Below are positions 13,701 through 27,300 of a stretch of DNA of 64,000 bases, piece after piece. The notes beneath the pieces are model-generated. The model was given only the letters and a program-made list of their open reading frames with translations, did no database searches and was not told the origin of the DNA. Origin of the DNA: Azolla caroliniana (lineage: Eukaryota; Plantae; Polypodiophyta); the NCBI GenBank assembly GCA_043228905.1, contig JBHGNT010000017.1, positions 5,394,001-5,458,000 on the forward strand. Direction: 5' to 3'. How positions within the stretch are numbered: the first letter of the stretch is position 1; each line of letters begins with the position of its first letter. A program made the translations under genes and the position numbers.

Positions 13701-14789
13701 CTTCAGCAACAACTTGGATCCTATTGGTGTCGACAACCACACGTCTCCTATGCCGACAATTCGGCATGTACCTTCATTTCCCATCCGGACACAGCCGTGA
13801 TCACCGGCTGAGTAGAATGAGAAGCATTTACGGTCCGGGGTAATGTGGAACGACGCTCCGAAGTCTACCACCCAAGTCATCTCGTCGCCGGCAAGGTTTA
13901 TCTCACTCTCCTCGGTGATGAGCATCAACTCTTCTTCACTTGCCGCGATTGCCGTTGTTCCCTTCCGGTCCGGCCCCCTCCGGTCTTTACCGTTCCGGTC
14001 CAGGGTCCGCTTCGAATCGGTACCGTCGGTTTCCTTGTCTTTTCGGAAATGCCGACAGTTCTTTTGGAAGTGTCCCGGCTTGCCGCAATAGAAGCAAGTA
14101 GGCCTCCTCCTTGACTTTGACCATGTCCCCGACTTCTCCCGGTTCTGGGGACTACGGTTTCTATGTCTTTCGCGTTCCGATTTGGTAAGGAGCACTTTGG
14201 AGTCGGAGCTCGTATCTTTATCTTTCCAACGCGCCTCTTCTTCTAGCAAGCTCGACTTTACTCTTGCTAGGGATAACTGTTTTCCTTCCGGCCCGGCGTT
14301 GCCCAAAGTGACAACCAACGTCTCCCAGCTATCCGGGAGGGAACCGAGCAGGAGTAGTGCTAGTACCTCGTCGGCGAGAGGTACTTCCAATGACGTTGCC
14401 TGGTGTATCAGCCCTTGGAAGGCATTCATGTGCTCCGCCATCTTGGAGCCATCTTGGTACCGGAGTCTTACTAGCTTCCGGAATACCGAAACCTGATTAA
14501 CAGCATTTTTGTTTTGAAACATAACGTCGATCTTCTCCCAGAGCTCATGAGCCTTGCTCTCTTCATTGAAGTTGTTGTATAGGCTCATGTCGATGAAGCA
14601 CCGTATGTACACCGTTGTCTTCATGTGCATCACCTCCCATATTGTGGTGTCAATCTTGTCCGGTCTCTTGTCCCCGAACTGAACCGGTAACCAAAGATCT
14701 TTAACCACGAGCATGTCCCTCATCTTCGACTTCCACACTGAATAGTTGGAGCCAGTGAGCTTGAACATGCCGCCAAACGATTCGTCCAT
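10785..14789 (-). pseudogene. Copia A gag-pol polyprotein with in-frame stops
   Basis: Gag KLTGSNYSVWK; CFYCGKPGHFQKNC; PR WVVDFGASFH; INT HKRLCH..VHTDVC..ADNGGEY; RT; RNaseH. Several stops; YVDD mutated to YMDA. Confidence 0.92.
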
Positions 14790-15088
14790 TTTCTGTGTCG
14801 TTTCGCTCTGATACCACTTGACAGGAACTCAAGGCTCCTTATACCTAACGCTCGGCCACAACCAAGCTTAGAATCATACACAGAAAAACGGGAAATAAAG
14901 CACGACACGAAGAAGAGAAGAGTACGCAGGATGTTTACATGGAAAACCCAAACTAAGGGAAAAAACCACGGCAGCCCACAGGCTGCAAACTATCACTATG
15001 TTAGAATGTACAACAGTGAGTTCACGGAGGCAACGACCTCGTGCTAACGATCCTCGCCACAGGCGGCGGTTACAACAGAGGCAACAAC

Positions 15089-15120
<32 letters not shown>

Positions 15121-15299
15121 GTACACAGTTACGCGCTCTCACTCTTTCCTTGCACCAACAAGAATGACAACACCAACAGTCTAAAAGTTTGCCCTAAGTC
15201 ATATTTATACTTAACATGACTTTTCGGCTATTTACAAATATAGCCATGATGGACTCTCAGAAACATATTTACGAATATGTCTCTTCATCCGGTGAGCAC

Positions 15300-15520
15300 T
15301 TCGCACCGAGTCTGCATCATCCGGCTCTCCGTAGCCGGGTATTCCTCATCCGGTTCTCACCGGGTCTGCACCATCCGGCTCTCCGTAGCCGGGTACTCCT
15401 CATCCGGTTCTCATCGAGTCTGCACCATCCGGCTCTCCGTAGCCGGGTACTCCTCATCCGGTTCTCACTGGGTCTGCACCATCCGGCTCTCCGTAGCCGG
15501 GTACTCGTCATCCGGTTTCG
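15300..15520. repeat. 54-bp tandem repeat in copia A LTR (4 copies here, 2 copies at ~10570-10680)
   Basis: Unit GGGTCTGCACCATCCGGCTCTCCGTAGCCGGGTACTCCTCATCCGGTTCTCACC; 18-aa periodicity in overlapping ORFs. Confidence 0.9.
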
Positions 15521-18500
15521 GCCTCGTCCGAGTTTGTTCATCGGCATTGTTCTTCTTCCTTCCCATCCGGAGGAACCTGACTCCCAACATGGGCTATGTC
15601 CTCTTTCAATCTTTCCATTGGCTTCTGGATTATACGCAGTTGTAAGCGATAATTTGACCCCTATCCGGCTGAAGAATTCTCTAGCTTCATCAGAGTCAAG
15701 TTCTCCTCTATCTGCAATTATTTTACCAACACACCCATAACGACATATTACATCTTCTAACAAAAATTTACATACAACTCTAGTTGTTTTTTGTCGTACT
15801 GGTCTTCCTTCTACTTGGTTTGTAAGGTCTTCTCTTGCTAGTACTAAATATCGCATTTGACCTTGCCCAAGTGGCATTGTCACTAGATCAACCATCCATT
15901 TATAATGCCTTGATGATGAATATGTTGGTTTTAGCTCATCTCGATATCGAATAGTTGAATACCTTTGACAGATTTCATAGGTTTCCACAAATTTCATTAC
16001 ATCTTTATACATATGTGGCCACCAAAACTTTTCTTTCAACTTCATAAATGTCGCCCATATGCCTCTATGTCCTGCCCACAAACTATCATGGAATTCAGTA
16101 ATTAACTTTCTCTTAATATCATCCTTACAAATGACTCGAAGAGGATTTTCGGTTGGCCTTTTTGGGCGCCTCCATAAACGCCCTTCATCTAAAAAAAACT
16201 TGAATGCCCTTCATTGAAATTCATTTAATTGTTTCTTTGACCATGATGGGTTGGCTTCTTGAGTCTTTAAAAAGTTACCTATTTCTAACCATTGACCTTC
16301 ATATTCGGTGTCTTTAAACATTATGCTTACATTAAACTCGTCATGAGGCTTACTAGATATTTGATGAGCAACTCGATGGCTTGTAGTTTCCCAAAGAATC
16401 TTCAGTTTGCATCACCTTTTCATTTATGAACCTTGCCCTTGACAGCATATTTGCAACTGGGTTGTCTTTTCCCTTTATATGCCGCAATTCTGGGTTCATG
16501 GTTTTGATGTATGCAATCCACCGAAGCATTGCAATATCTGGTGTCGTGCAACTTGCTACCATTCCGATGAGTGGCAAACAATCTGTTTCAACCACTACAT
16601 TTGCTCCTATCAAGTAATCTCTATCTGTTTTTAATGCAGTAAGCAAACCCCACAATTCTCATTTAACTTGTGCATAATTTCTTTGTCTATCATTTAATAT
16701 CTTTGCTCCAAACCTAATAGCATATCGATGTTGGTCTTCATCTTCTTGGTTGATAACCCAACCGATCCCAATTGGGCTAGTATCGATTGTCACTATAATT
16801 GGTTTTTCACCTTTGTAGTCTGGTTGACGAAGAACTGGAGCTTTCAATAATGCTTCTTTCAGTTGTTGAACAACTTGTGTATGTTCATCAGTCCAAATAA
16901 ACTTCTTCCCTTTTCTTAAAAGTTGGTAGAGAGGATCTGAGACATGTGCAAAGTGTGGTAACCAAATATGATAAAACACACATGCACCCAAAAATCTTCT
17001 CACCTCTGTTACCGAGTCGCAAACTTCCTTCATATTTTGTATTGCGTTAATTTTGATCGGTGAAGGCTTTCTCCCATACCACCCACACATATGACCAACT
17101 ATTAGAACTTTGTTTTGCCCAAAGCTAGACTTTGTTCCTGATAGTGTCAAATGTACCTACTCAAGCTTATTTAAAATACTTTCACAATCATTAATGTGAT
17201 CCATCACAAACTTTCTACAACCATTTCCAACCATAGTCTCATCTTTCTCTCTTTCTAAGCATCCCTTAATAGGAATATCATCTAAAAATGGCATAGTTAC
17301 CTTTGGGATGTACTCATGTAGAACCTTGTTCATTGCATTCATCATATGAGCAACTAAATTTGTCGCACCTTGAGGTAGAGTGCACATTCGAACCAACCCA
17401 ATTGGTGTTTTCATTGTTGTGATATTGCAACTATCAATTGCTAGTTGAAATTGGTCGTATCCTGAATATAGGTCTCCCATAGAGTAAATCGCTCTCCCAG
17501 CAAAAGCTTCTGCAAATTCATCAACAATCGGACCAATTCCTGCATTTCGGATTATGACTTTGTTGACTGGTTGTAGATCTTGAATGAATCTTAGAGAACC
17601 ATCTTTCTTTGGAACTGTGAACCATCGGTTGGAGTATGGTGCATTTGAAGGCTCTAAAATCTTCATCTTGACTTTATCCTTCAACAGCTCCAACAATTGA
17701 GGTAATCGAGCTCTCGGTATTGCAATAGTTTTAAAATTCCAAGGAATATGAGGGATAGTAAATATTACCATTGGCGTTACCACCTTTGGATCTACACAAC
17801 CAATCTCCTCGACTTTGAATGCGAACGCTTTCCCATGCCTAAAGATCATGTCTTTGAAAGTCATGATCTCCGATTGTAGAAGAAATTCACCCCCTCCGAC
17901 TCTTAACTTATTTATTGTATCCGAAGTGAAGTGATTTCCCATCTTCTCTGTTGGTCGAAGCATAGGCTCAGTTGATGTTGCCTTCATCTTCTCTTCACTA
18001 CCAATAGGTAATGGTATTGCAACAGGTTTAATCTTTTTATCTATAATTTTTTATTTTGTGTTACATAAACCTTCTACTTCTTCATATTTACAAGTATACT
18101 TATCAATTTCATAATACATATCAATTGAGTTTACATGTATCTTTCTAAGATTCTCATCATCTTCTTTCAAATACATTTCTAACTCTTCTAAAGTATTTGC
18201 AAAAGAAATTTCTTCCATAACACTTTCAATTTTCTCTTCCATTTCAAGTACTCCATTATCCTTCAATGCCTGCTGAAACAAATTAACATTCTTTTTCAAG
18301 TTCCTCTTGCATTCATACATCCTAGTCACACATATAGCACCACTTTCAGAAACATGAAATGACTTATTCATATGTTGTAATCCCCTATATGAGGGCCTTT
18401 TAATAATGGGACTATTGCAACCCTCACTCGCAACAGTCCTAGTCAAAAACCTGATTATCAAAATCATCACAGTCTTTTGGTATTGAATGATCACGAAGCT

Positions 18501-21320
18501 CTTGCTTGTTCCTCTCATGATTTGGGCGAACTATCATAAATTGTACAGTTCGTCGTCCATCTTGGCTACGGATTTTCGCATAGGCAGAACCATTGTCGAG
18601 GACTTTGGTCTCCATCCGTACCGCTGTAATGTATGGTTGCCCCAAGATTATTGGATAGGTAGATCCTTCATGCACAAAGAAATGTTGATCTACCTCTATA
18701 TCACCAATAGTAACCTTTACATTTGGGCATGCACCAAATAAATCTTCCGTGACTAATGTGGTAGCTTTTACTCGCCAACCATGTTGAGTATCAATTGGCC
18801 ATCTACCTTTCCTGTAAAAATCAGCACTCATTATATTTATTTCAGAACCATGATCAATAAGTGTCATCACGGGGTCTAGAACATTTCCAATCTTCACATG
18901 ATGCTCAGTAGTGGCTCTTGCCCAACATTTGCGAGAGTAATGGCTTCTTACATCTGTTGAATTTATCATTGAGGTTGATGCATGTTGAGAGTCAACAACG
19001 ATATTGTTTGACTCGTTGCTCACCACTTCATATGCCACCTTCGGATTTGTCTCTTTAACCTGCTCATTTACTTGCTTCTTTCTTCGCACAATATCAATTA
19101 TTTCATCATGAAATTCCTTTTTTTCAATACCTAACACTTCTCTTAGTGTAAATTCTACTCAACTGTATAGTATTCTTGTTTCTAAAACTTCCTTTAAATC
19201 TGTATCTTTTTCAATATCAGACATTAATTTGAATGAAGGACCAGATTTACCTTTTTCGACTTTTGCATCCATCTCTTTTCTTTTGCTTTCTCTTGTCTCA
19301 TGCTTTTTTGTTGAGCCAATCTCATCATCCAGCCTTTTCCTTTTTTCTTCCACTATCACCTCATACTCTTGGTGTTCTGCCATCTGAGCATAGACCGTCA
19401 TAACATCTACAGGAACATCCCATCCAGTGTTTTTCCTTACAGAATCTCCGACAACACGAAGGTCTTCCATCTTCATCTTTTGCTTTTGTGCAGTACTTAC
19501 AACCTTCTCCCAGAATGATGATCGGGATGGCATGTCATCAAGGCGCATTCCTGCCGTTGCCGAGTAGTACATTGCGGAAGCCTTCTTTGCTTCAGCTTCT
19601 TCAAATTTAACCTTAACACCACCATCACCAAAGTTCTTTGTAAGTGGACTTCTAGTTTCAGTTAAATAAATGTTACCATTTACACCAAGTCTTGATTTTC
19701 CATGTCTTTATATTCTTTACAATCACGTAGACGATGTTCGAGACTATCGCACCACATGCATCGGGGTTGAAATGGTTCCCTTGACCTCAAAGTTTGACCA
19801 TTCTCAAGCTCTGCCACTTTAATTGTTAAATCTTTCATACTTTGAACTAAATCATCAAGAAAAGACTCACTCTTAGTTCTGATCATTTCACGTGGTTGAT
19901 GCACCATTTCGTGTGATGGTTCTCGACCATGTCTTTGAACTTCGATGTTTTGATCAAGTCGATTCATCATTCCCACATGTGGTATTTGTAGCATTACACC
20001 ATTCCTTTGCATTCTTTTCATAAATTTATTATAAGCATTTGTTACCTCATTCCAATCTGCCGTTATACTCGGTATTTGACACTTCAAGCATAAATTCCAA
20101 TTCTTTTCTATATCTCTTGTCAACTGCCTGCAAAAATAAAGCAACCTTTTGCCAAGACAAAGAATTTCTTTCTTCTGACTTTAAGTGTCCATACATCCTA
20201 TCAAACTCTTTTTTTGTGTCAGCCACAAATAATGCTTCATCTTCTTTTAAGATCCATTCATGAAATGAACGCATTGTAACTCGAGAGAAATCTTCACGAG
20301 AATATTCAGACACAAGCGCTTCTTTGAATGCATTCCAATTCAAACTATGCAATGCATGTATTTCACGAATTCTATCTCTTAATTCCATTTCCACTAATTT
20401 ATAAAAGTTTGCTATCATATTGACATCATTCACACCAAACATTTACATTTCATCATAATATATATTGACATACTTTGAGATATTTGTGCCATCAAACACA
20501 CCAATCTTCTCTCGGACTTCTCGTAAGGCATGAAATAATTGATCTTGATTCAATTTTTCAATAAATAATCTTACCAGATCCATTGTACTCGTACTTGCCA
20601 TGTTGATGTTGATCTTTACTTTAGATGTCTCTTCTACTTCCCCGTTTCACATCGGGTTCACCAAATTGTGTCATGGCGTGGCTCGCCTAGAAGCGTACCG
20701 TTGCGTAGACAAAAGATATCGTGAAAGTGAGGAAGGAATCACTGGGATTATGGACGGAAGAGACAAAAGAGTAGAGATAGAGTAAATAGAGATCAACAAG
20801 ATATGACAAGATGGGATATAGAATGATATTTGAAGGAATGAAAGAAACTTATAATTATTTGATGAATGAGTTACAAAATGATTGCGAGCATCGTTGATCC
20901 TTCGAACTTTGTCTCACAAGGTAATCTCTCTTCTCTTTCTTGATGGTAGACCATAGTCTTCCCTTCAATCTCTCGATAAGTATAAGACTCAAACCGCCGC
21001 CCTTCCGTTGCAAGTTGAGAACCACCACCACCAAGCTAGTTCTTCTTTTCTCTTTTAATCTCTGTCTCTCTTTCTCTAGTACAATATATCTTTCTCTAGA
21101 TCAAATATAATCATTTCCATCTTATTTCTTGGTCCCCTTTTGTCTATACTTCCTTTTCCTTTTATAGGGAAGAGATGGTTCTACATGTGGGCCATGTGGC
21201 GCACATGCAAAGAGGCTCTTGCATGTGTGCTATATGGTGCACATGTAGCACGTTTGATGGTTTAAACCATATAATACTAGTTAAAATGAAAACAAGACAC
21301 ATATTTATATACATTATAAG

Positions 21321-21540
21321 TATAGGCTAAATGGTAAGGTTTGAATGCCATAAGGTTGAGGTTTTTGGTTCAAGTCCTCTTTTGCCCATGTAATTTTGTG
21401 CATGTATTATATTACATGGTTTAGACTATAAAATACTACTTCAAATCATATGTTATTTTGTAAATTATTAGTATAGGCTAAATGGTAACCTTTGGGTGTC
21501 ATAAGGTAGGGTTTATTAGTTTAAGTCCTCTTTTGTCATG
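21321..21540 (+). promoter_or_regulatory. Two tRNA-like A-box/B-box modules in U3 of element C LTR (also at 9103-9300)
   Basis: TAGGCTAAATGGTAA ... GAGGT(T)TTTGGTTCAAGTCC, repeated about 150 bp later in more degenerate form. Confidence 0.6.
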
Positions 21541-23350
21541 TAGTATAATAGATATATATATTTTTGTCTCTACATATAATGTATAATATTATCATAGTAT
21601 GTTATTAACATTATAAAGGTTTATTTTATTTTCATTACGTATTTATTTTATTGTAGACTTTTAATGTGAAGCTTTTGTACTTTACGACAATACGACTATC
21701 GAGGATCATATCCTCCACTACCTTCTTCAAGTCCATTGCTTGTTCGATCTCCGAGCAAAGCTTGAAGTTGGGGGGGGGGGGGGGGGGGGGTTCCCCTTCT
21801 CTTTCCATCTTTCGTCAAGAGCTTGAGACTGGTTCGGCTCTTCCCTTCTTCGTGCACCTCGAGCGTCGTATTTCCTTGATGGACCGGCTCCCTCATTATT
21901 TCCTACCTTCTTCTCTTCTACCATTACTTCATAGTTTTGGCAAGCGGCTTCCACAAAGCCTGTCTTTTCTTCCACCGGATCGTTCCACCCGGTTGCTTCT
22001 TGGACCCTTCTTTCCGCTTTGTCCGCTTCTTCTCTTTTGAACTTTCCCCTAGAGAGGCTTCCAAGTATTGACAACCAAAAGTCAAACTCTTTCTCCTCTT
22101 GCCTCCTCACCTCTTTCCCCACTCGGATCCCAACCGACACGGAGTAGTGGACGGCTTCAACATGTCATGCTTCGGCCTCCTCCATTAGCCTTCTCATGCC
22201 CCCTCGGCCTGATTCAATCCCAAGGGGCACCTTGTCTCCGTCGAATAGACTCTATTGTTCCAAAGATAGACAATATCCCTTCTTAGGGCCTCTTGAAAGT
22301 CTCCACACTCCCTTCATAGGTGGTCGAGATTGTCACACCACATACATCTTTGCGCGAACGGGAGACGTCGATCTTGAGGCCCCCCACTCTCTCTCCTAGC
22401 TTCCGCTATTTGGAGATCTCGCACCATCTTTGTGAGCTCGTCTATTGCCGACCCTCTAGACGGTGCTTCAACCACATTTCTCTCAAGGACGAACCTTGCA
22501 TTTTCTTGCTCTCTTTCTTGAGGTGCTCTACCACCCCTGGGTTTGTGTGTCTCACTAATGGAGCCTGTGGATGTTTAGCCGCTAAACGGAGACCACCCGT
22601 CGTTCCATTCCCTTCTCTTATCAAAGCAACTACAAACCAGTTTTACCGTAGCCCAATCCGTCGTGAGCCCATCATCAGTTTCGAGGAGGAGCCCCACCTT
22701 CTCTTGGTCTTGTGCATCAACAACTTTTATGAATAGTAGGACCTTGCTTGTGTCAAGCCCCCTCCTATCGAGAGCCGAGAGTCGCGCAAAGCGCTTCTCA
22801 AATTCTTGTAGAAGTGCCATACTATTTCTTCCCTTGCCGAGAAGCTCAACCCACTCCATTAGATCCCTTTTCAAATTTCTAAGTGAGTCATCAAGGCCAT
22901 ACTTCTCGAGGAGTCTTTCTTCGAACTCCTCGCAATTGCAACAATCCGCTTGGATCTCGAGTACCTCTGCGTGGATACTCGGCGTTACCACTCTAACGAA
23001 TCCGGTCAACCGCCTATCTTCAAGGACGTTTGTTACTCAGCCAGCAAGAAGGCTTAAGGAGATCCAAACCAGAGTGTGAAAGGAATAGTTTATTCGGGAA
23101 CTGTTGTAATTAGTAGTCTTAATATATATTAATATATGAGAAGATGTGGACGGACGGACCGGAATTGGTATGCCAATCCGGATCCGGACCGATCCCGAAA
23201 AGGTGCTGGTTGGCACCGTTTTGTACTTCGCACCGGAGACCTATATAAAGGCCCGGTTACAATGTAATCGACAGCGGATAATTAATAGAACTTATTGCCT
23301 TAATCTTTCAATATTGATTATCGTTCTGTACTCATTGTTATATCTTACGC

Positions 23351-24390
23351 TGTCGTGCCTTACGGCTCTGGATCGTTGCGTGATTCGGGTGGGAACCGTT
23401 GGGGTTTTGGACTTGGAGGAAAGAAAATTCTAAGGCGATTAAGAATATGAAATATATTGTAAGAAAGAAAGATATGAAAAACTCGTGAATCCCACGAGTA
23501 TAGTGTATTAGTGAGTACTCAAATTAAGAGAGAAAAATAGTTAGCAAACTCGTGGATCCCACGATTATATTATATTAATTAACCCTTGTAAAAATAATCA
23601 ACAACTCTATACATCTTTCTCTCTTCCTTATATAGTGTTGGAAGAGTCTAAGTTTATCACATGCAAGCATCATGCTTTTCCTATCTTTAGTTTTCATGCA
23701 CACTGCATGTCCATGATTAGCTTTCTATCTCATCTTTTCTTTTTAACTCGAGTGTCTATGCATGAATAACTTTTTGTACCATGCATGTCTAGAAATTTTA
23801 CATGGGATAAAGTTTAGTATAACTTTAAAATTCATGATACACTAGTATAATGATAAGGCTTAACATTATTAACAAGGAGGTGCAAGGTTCGAATCTTGCC
23901 CTATGCATGTAATATATATATTTTTATACTTTCTTCTATTTACAAATATGTCTCTTCATCCGGTGAGAAACTCTCACCGGCCTTCTTCATCCGGCTCTTT
24001 CCGGTTCTGCTTCATCCGGTGCTTGCTAGTTTTCTTTGTCTGGTTCTTACCGGGACCTCCTTACCAATCTCTTCGTCCGTTTCTCACCAACTCTCACCGG
24101 TCTTCTTCATTCGGCTCTTGCCGGCTCTCCTTACCGGTTTCGGTCCTTACCAGTTCCTTCTTCTGGTTCTCACGAGGTACTCCATGTCCTATCCAGAGAG
24201 ACCAAAAATGTAATTTTTCACGTAGTGTGCGAATTACACTACGACACTCGCCCCCTCCTAACTCGCACATCCTCCGGTATGTGCCGAAGTCCCTGATGCT
24301 TGCTATTCACCTTCATCCGAAGCTTCCTCTGATTCTCCCCTTAAGTCGACTATGAGTTCTAATCCACTTTCTTTGCTTTCTGCATCACCG
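23351..24390 (-). mobile_element. 3' LTR (23351-24246), PPT and short internal remnant of gypsy F, inserted in the D 5' LTR
   Basis: TGTCGT..ACGACA ends; PPT GGAGGGGGCGAG next to 24246; fused by deletion to D gag (AIQCTTC) at ~24390; tRNA-like module at 23843-23900. Confidence 0.8.
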
Positions 24391-27300
24391 CGATCCAATG
24401 CACGACCTGCTTGAATTCCGGACATTCGTCACTGGAGTGCATCATGCGGACGCACTACTTACTCTGCCAATCTACGAGCCACACGATGGACCGGTGCGAA
24501 TATAACTTATTGAATCGGCAAGCACCACCAGTCCGGCAAATCGAGCCACGTGGCAGCCGAGATGAAGAAGAGGAATGCTGGCGGCGAGAGGAACGATATC
24601 GACCGGCACAGGATGTCCGGTACGACGATCGGGGAGACAACTATGACAGGTACAAGAGATATGACAGGTACCGAGATAACAATGGACGATACGAGAATCA
24701 CAACCGGGATCACTCCCCCGGGTATCACCAACGACGGGAAGATTACGGGAGATATGACGACCAACCCCGTCAAGGGTACCGCAATAGAAAGAACTTTAAT
24801 AAAAAACGGCATTTCAAAAAAGGGAGCCACCCACGTTGTCGCGAAGATTCACGCGTGGTGTGCTACTCGAGTGACCACCGGGGTCTTGGACTGGGGAGGA
24901 CGTTCGCGGAATTATCGAAGAGATGACGATCAATGTAAGATTTGATGAAATTTGTTCACTTGAGAAGAAGAAGGATTGTACACTTGAGAAGTAGAAAAGT
25001 ATGAGGAAGATAAAGATGAATATAATTATATTGATGATAGTGGTGTTGGTGATATCACATATTGAGCCCCCCTTACACAAGCCCAACTAGAGGCTTTTAT
25101 AGGTCTTTCCATGCTTGTGACATGCACAAAACCATGGGCTAAAACCATGGTTTTGTGCACACGGTTTTGCTTATGTCATGCACAAACCATGGGTTTAGAA
25201 CCATGGTTTTGTGCACATGGTTTTCTATGGTTGTTTCATCTATAATTCGTATATAAAAAGGAAATACATAAAATCTACACTATATGATAGTTGTCCTAGT
25301 GGTAAGGCAATTATCTCGTATCTTAGAGGTGCAAGGTTCAAACCTTGCTTGCACCCCTCTGTATGAACTCAAGTGCCACTAGGCCTTAGGTGTATGTGCA
25401 ATGTTGCACATCCTTGGTTTATTCGTCTCACTCGGTTTCACACCGTAGCCGAAAATCGTCATGACAACGTGAACCGGAAAAAGGCGCCTCAAGTAGCCCC
25501 ACGGTTACCACAGGTCCTCCACCGGGTACAGGAAACAATACCTGGAAAGCATATTGCTATTATTGCCGGCAAGAAGGACATTATAGTAATCAATGTCCGG
25601 CAAAGAGCTATGACAAGAGACCGGCAGTAAACATGGTAGTCGCCGAAGTCGCAGACCTGCAGCAGGTTACCACAAGGTCGAAGGGCAAGACGACGGAATG
25701 GGAGACACAAGAGGCCATCCGGAAGCAGGCAACGGAATGGGTGAAAAAGGCAAATGAGTGAAACGTAGCAGAACTTGCGCAGCAAAAGGAGAACACCGAA
25801 GAGCTTGTCGGCGGCAGTCAAACTGAAAATGCGACATGGCAGGCATTGCAAGAGTGCCAAATCACGCTGCCATTAGGACGGCTCCTGCAACTAGTGCCCA
25901 GATTCACAGAAGGACTCAAGACAGGCATGACGGCAGGAGAAACACCACCGGCACCAACATTCTTCTCAAATCCGGAGGAAGGACCGGCGGTGGTAGACAC
26001 AAACAGTCCAGCGATCACAGCCATCATGAAGGGAAAGGAGTTACCCGAAACAATAATAGAAGGAGGATTCGGCGTCAATGTGATTAGCCTCCGAACATGC
26101 ACAACCTTGGGAATCCAAGAGTGGGAACCATGCCCGTTCTGGCTACGGATGGCGGATACAAGCTCAGTGCGACCGACCGGCTTGATACGAGATTTGGAAG
26201 TAACAATCGGCGGCCACACATTTCGCATCTCGGCAGTAGTGCTACAATTACAGGCACAAGGAGCGTACCCGCTATTGTTGGGATGGCCGTGGCTAAAAAC
26301 GGCGCACATTAAACAAAATTGGAGGAAGAATATCATCAGCTTCCGACGGGGAAAAGCAAAAGTATGGGTACCGACACAACCACGAACGGGTACCGAGAAG
26401 GAATTAACACCCCTATATGCGGAATGTGTCAATATGCTGGACGGATTAGCAGATGAAGAGGTGGATCAATACTTGCAAGATAATCCGAAGATAGTACCCC
26501 TGTTCGAAATTGACGTAGCTGAAGCCGTATCACCATACATACTGCCACCGGACAGAGCGGACGAAGAACCAAATAAAGAAGCGATCCGAGAGCTACGGCA
26601 AGCACAAGAAGCGCTGGAAAGAGAAATGGCGGTATCACAACGGGTTAAAGCATCCCAACTAGAGGAGGTAAATCTAGGAACTACGGAAGAGGCGAGACCG
26701 GTGCAGATAGCCAAGGAAATGACTACGGAGAACAGAACGGCGATGATTACACTTCTCAAAGAGTTTCGGGACGTGTTTGCTTGGTCCTACGAGGATATGA
26801 GAGGGCTCGATCCTCAACTATATCAGCATCAGATACATTTGAGCAAAGACGCCAAACCGGTAGCACAGCGACGGTACCGGATGAATCCAAACTACGCCGC
26901 CAAAGTCAAGGAGGAAATTGATAAGTTGCTGAGAGTTGGCTTTATCCGTCCCGTAAAGAAATCGACATGGCTGAGCCCGATAGTAGTTGTACCAAAGAAA
27001 AACGGCAAAATTAGAGTATGTGTCGACTACCGGAAGCTTAATGCGGCGACGGTAACGGATGCATTTCCACTTCCATTTACGGATGGAGTTTTGGACACAG
27101 TCGCCAGCCATGAGGTATACAGTTTTTTAGACGGATTCAGCGGATACAACCAAATCCGGATGCACCCCGATGACCAGGAGAAAACGGCTTTCGTCACTGA
27201 ATGGGGAGTGTTTGTTGCCATAGTGATGATGTTCGGACTCAAAACGGCGCTGGCAACGTTCCAGAGGCTCATCATGAAAATATTCGGAGAATTCATACCG

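Larger units (their letters stand above)
10096..15589 (-). mobile_element. Full-length copia A (Tork/Tto1-like), LTRs 10096-10750 and 14819-15589
   Basis: Highly similar LTRs with TG..CA ends; PBS TGGTATCAGAGC (tRNA-iMet, 14805-14816); PPT next to 10750; TSD TGGGT/TGGGC; splits the C integrase at ERGHSP|IVKA. Confidence 0.96.
9103..21689 (-). mobile_element. tRNA-Trp-primed Ylt1/Phygy-like gypsy C, near full length, interrupted by copia A
   Basis: 5' LTR 20669-21689; truncated 3' LTR 9103-9450; PPT GAGGGGGTGGA at ~9451-9461; PBS 20646-20663; gag from 20601; PR LIDHGSEIN; RT DLYSGYDQ..TLPQGATN..FLDDIPIKG; RH TIDTSPIGIG; INT IIADRGE..YNPEANGKIER; FGPY motif. Confidence 0.92.

Noticed and set aside
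21321-21390. Functional tRNA genes at the A/B-box modules
   Set aside because: Acceptor and anticodon stems do not pair convincingly; only the promoter-box layout is retained
21770-21790. Poly-G run as a functional G-quadruplex
   Set aside because: Corresponds to an expanded poly-Pro codon run in E gag; slippage or a homopolymer error is more likely
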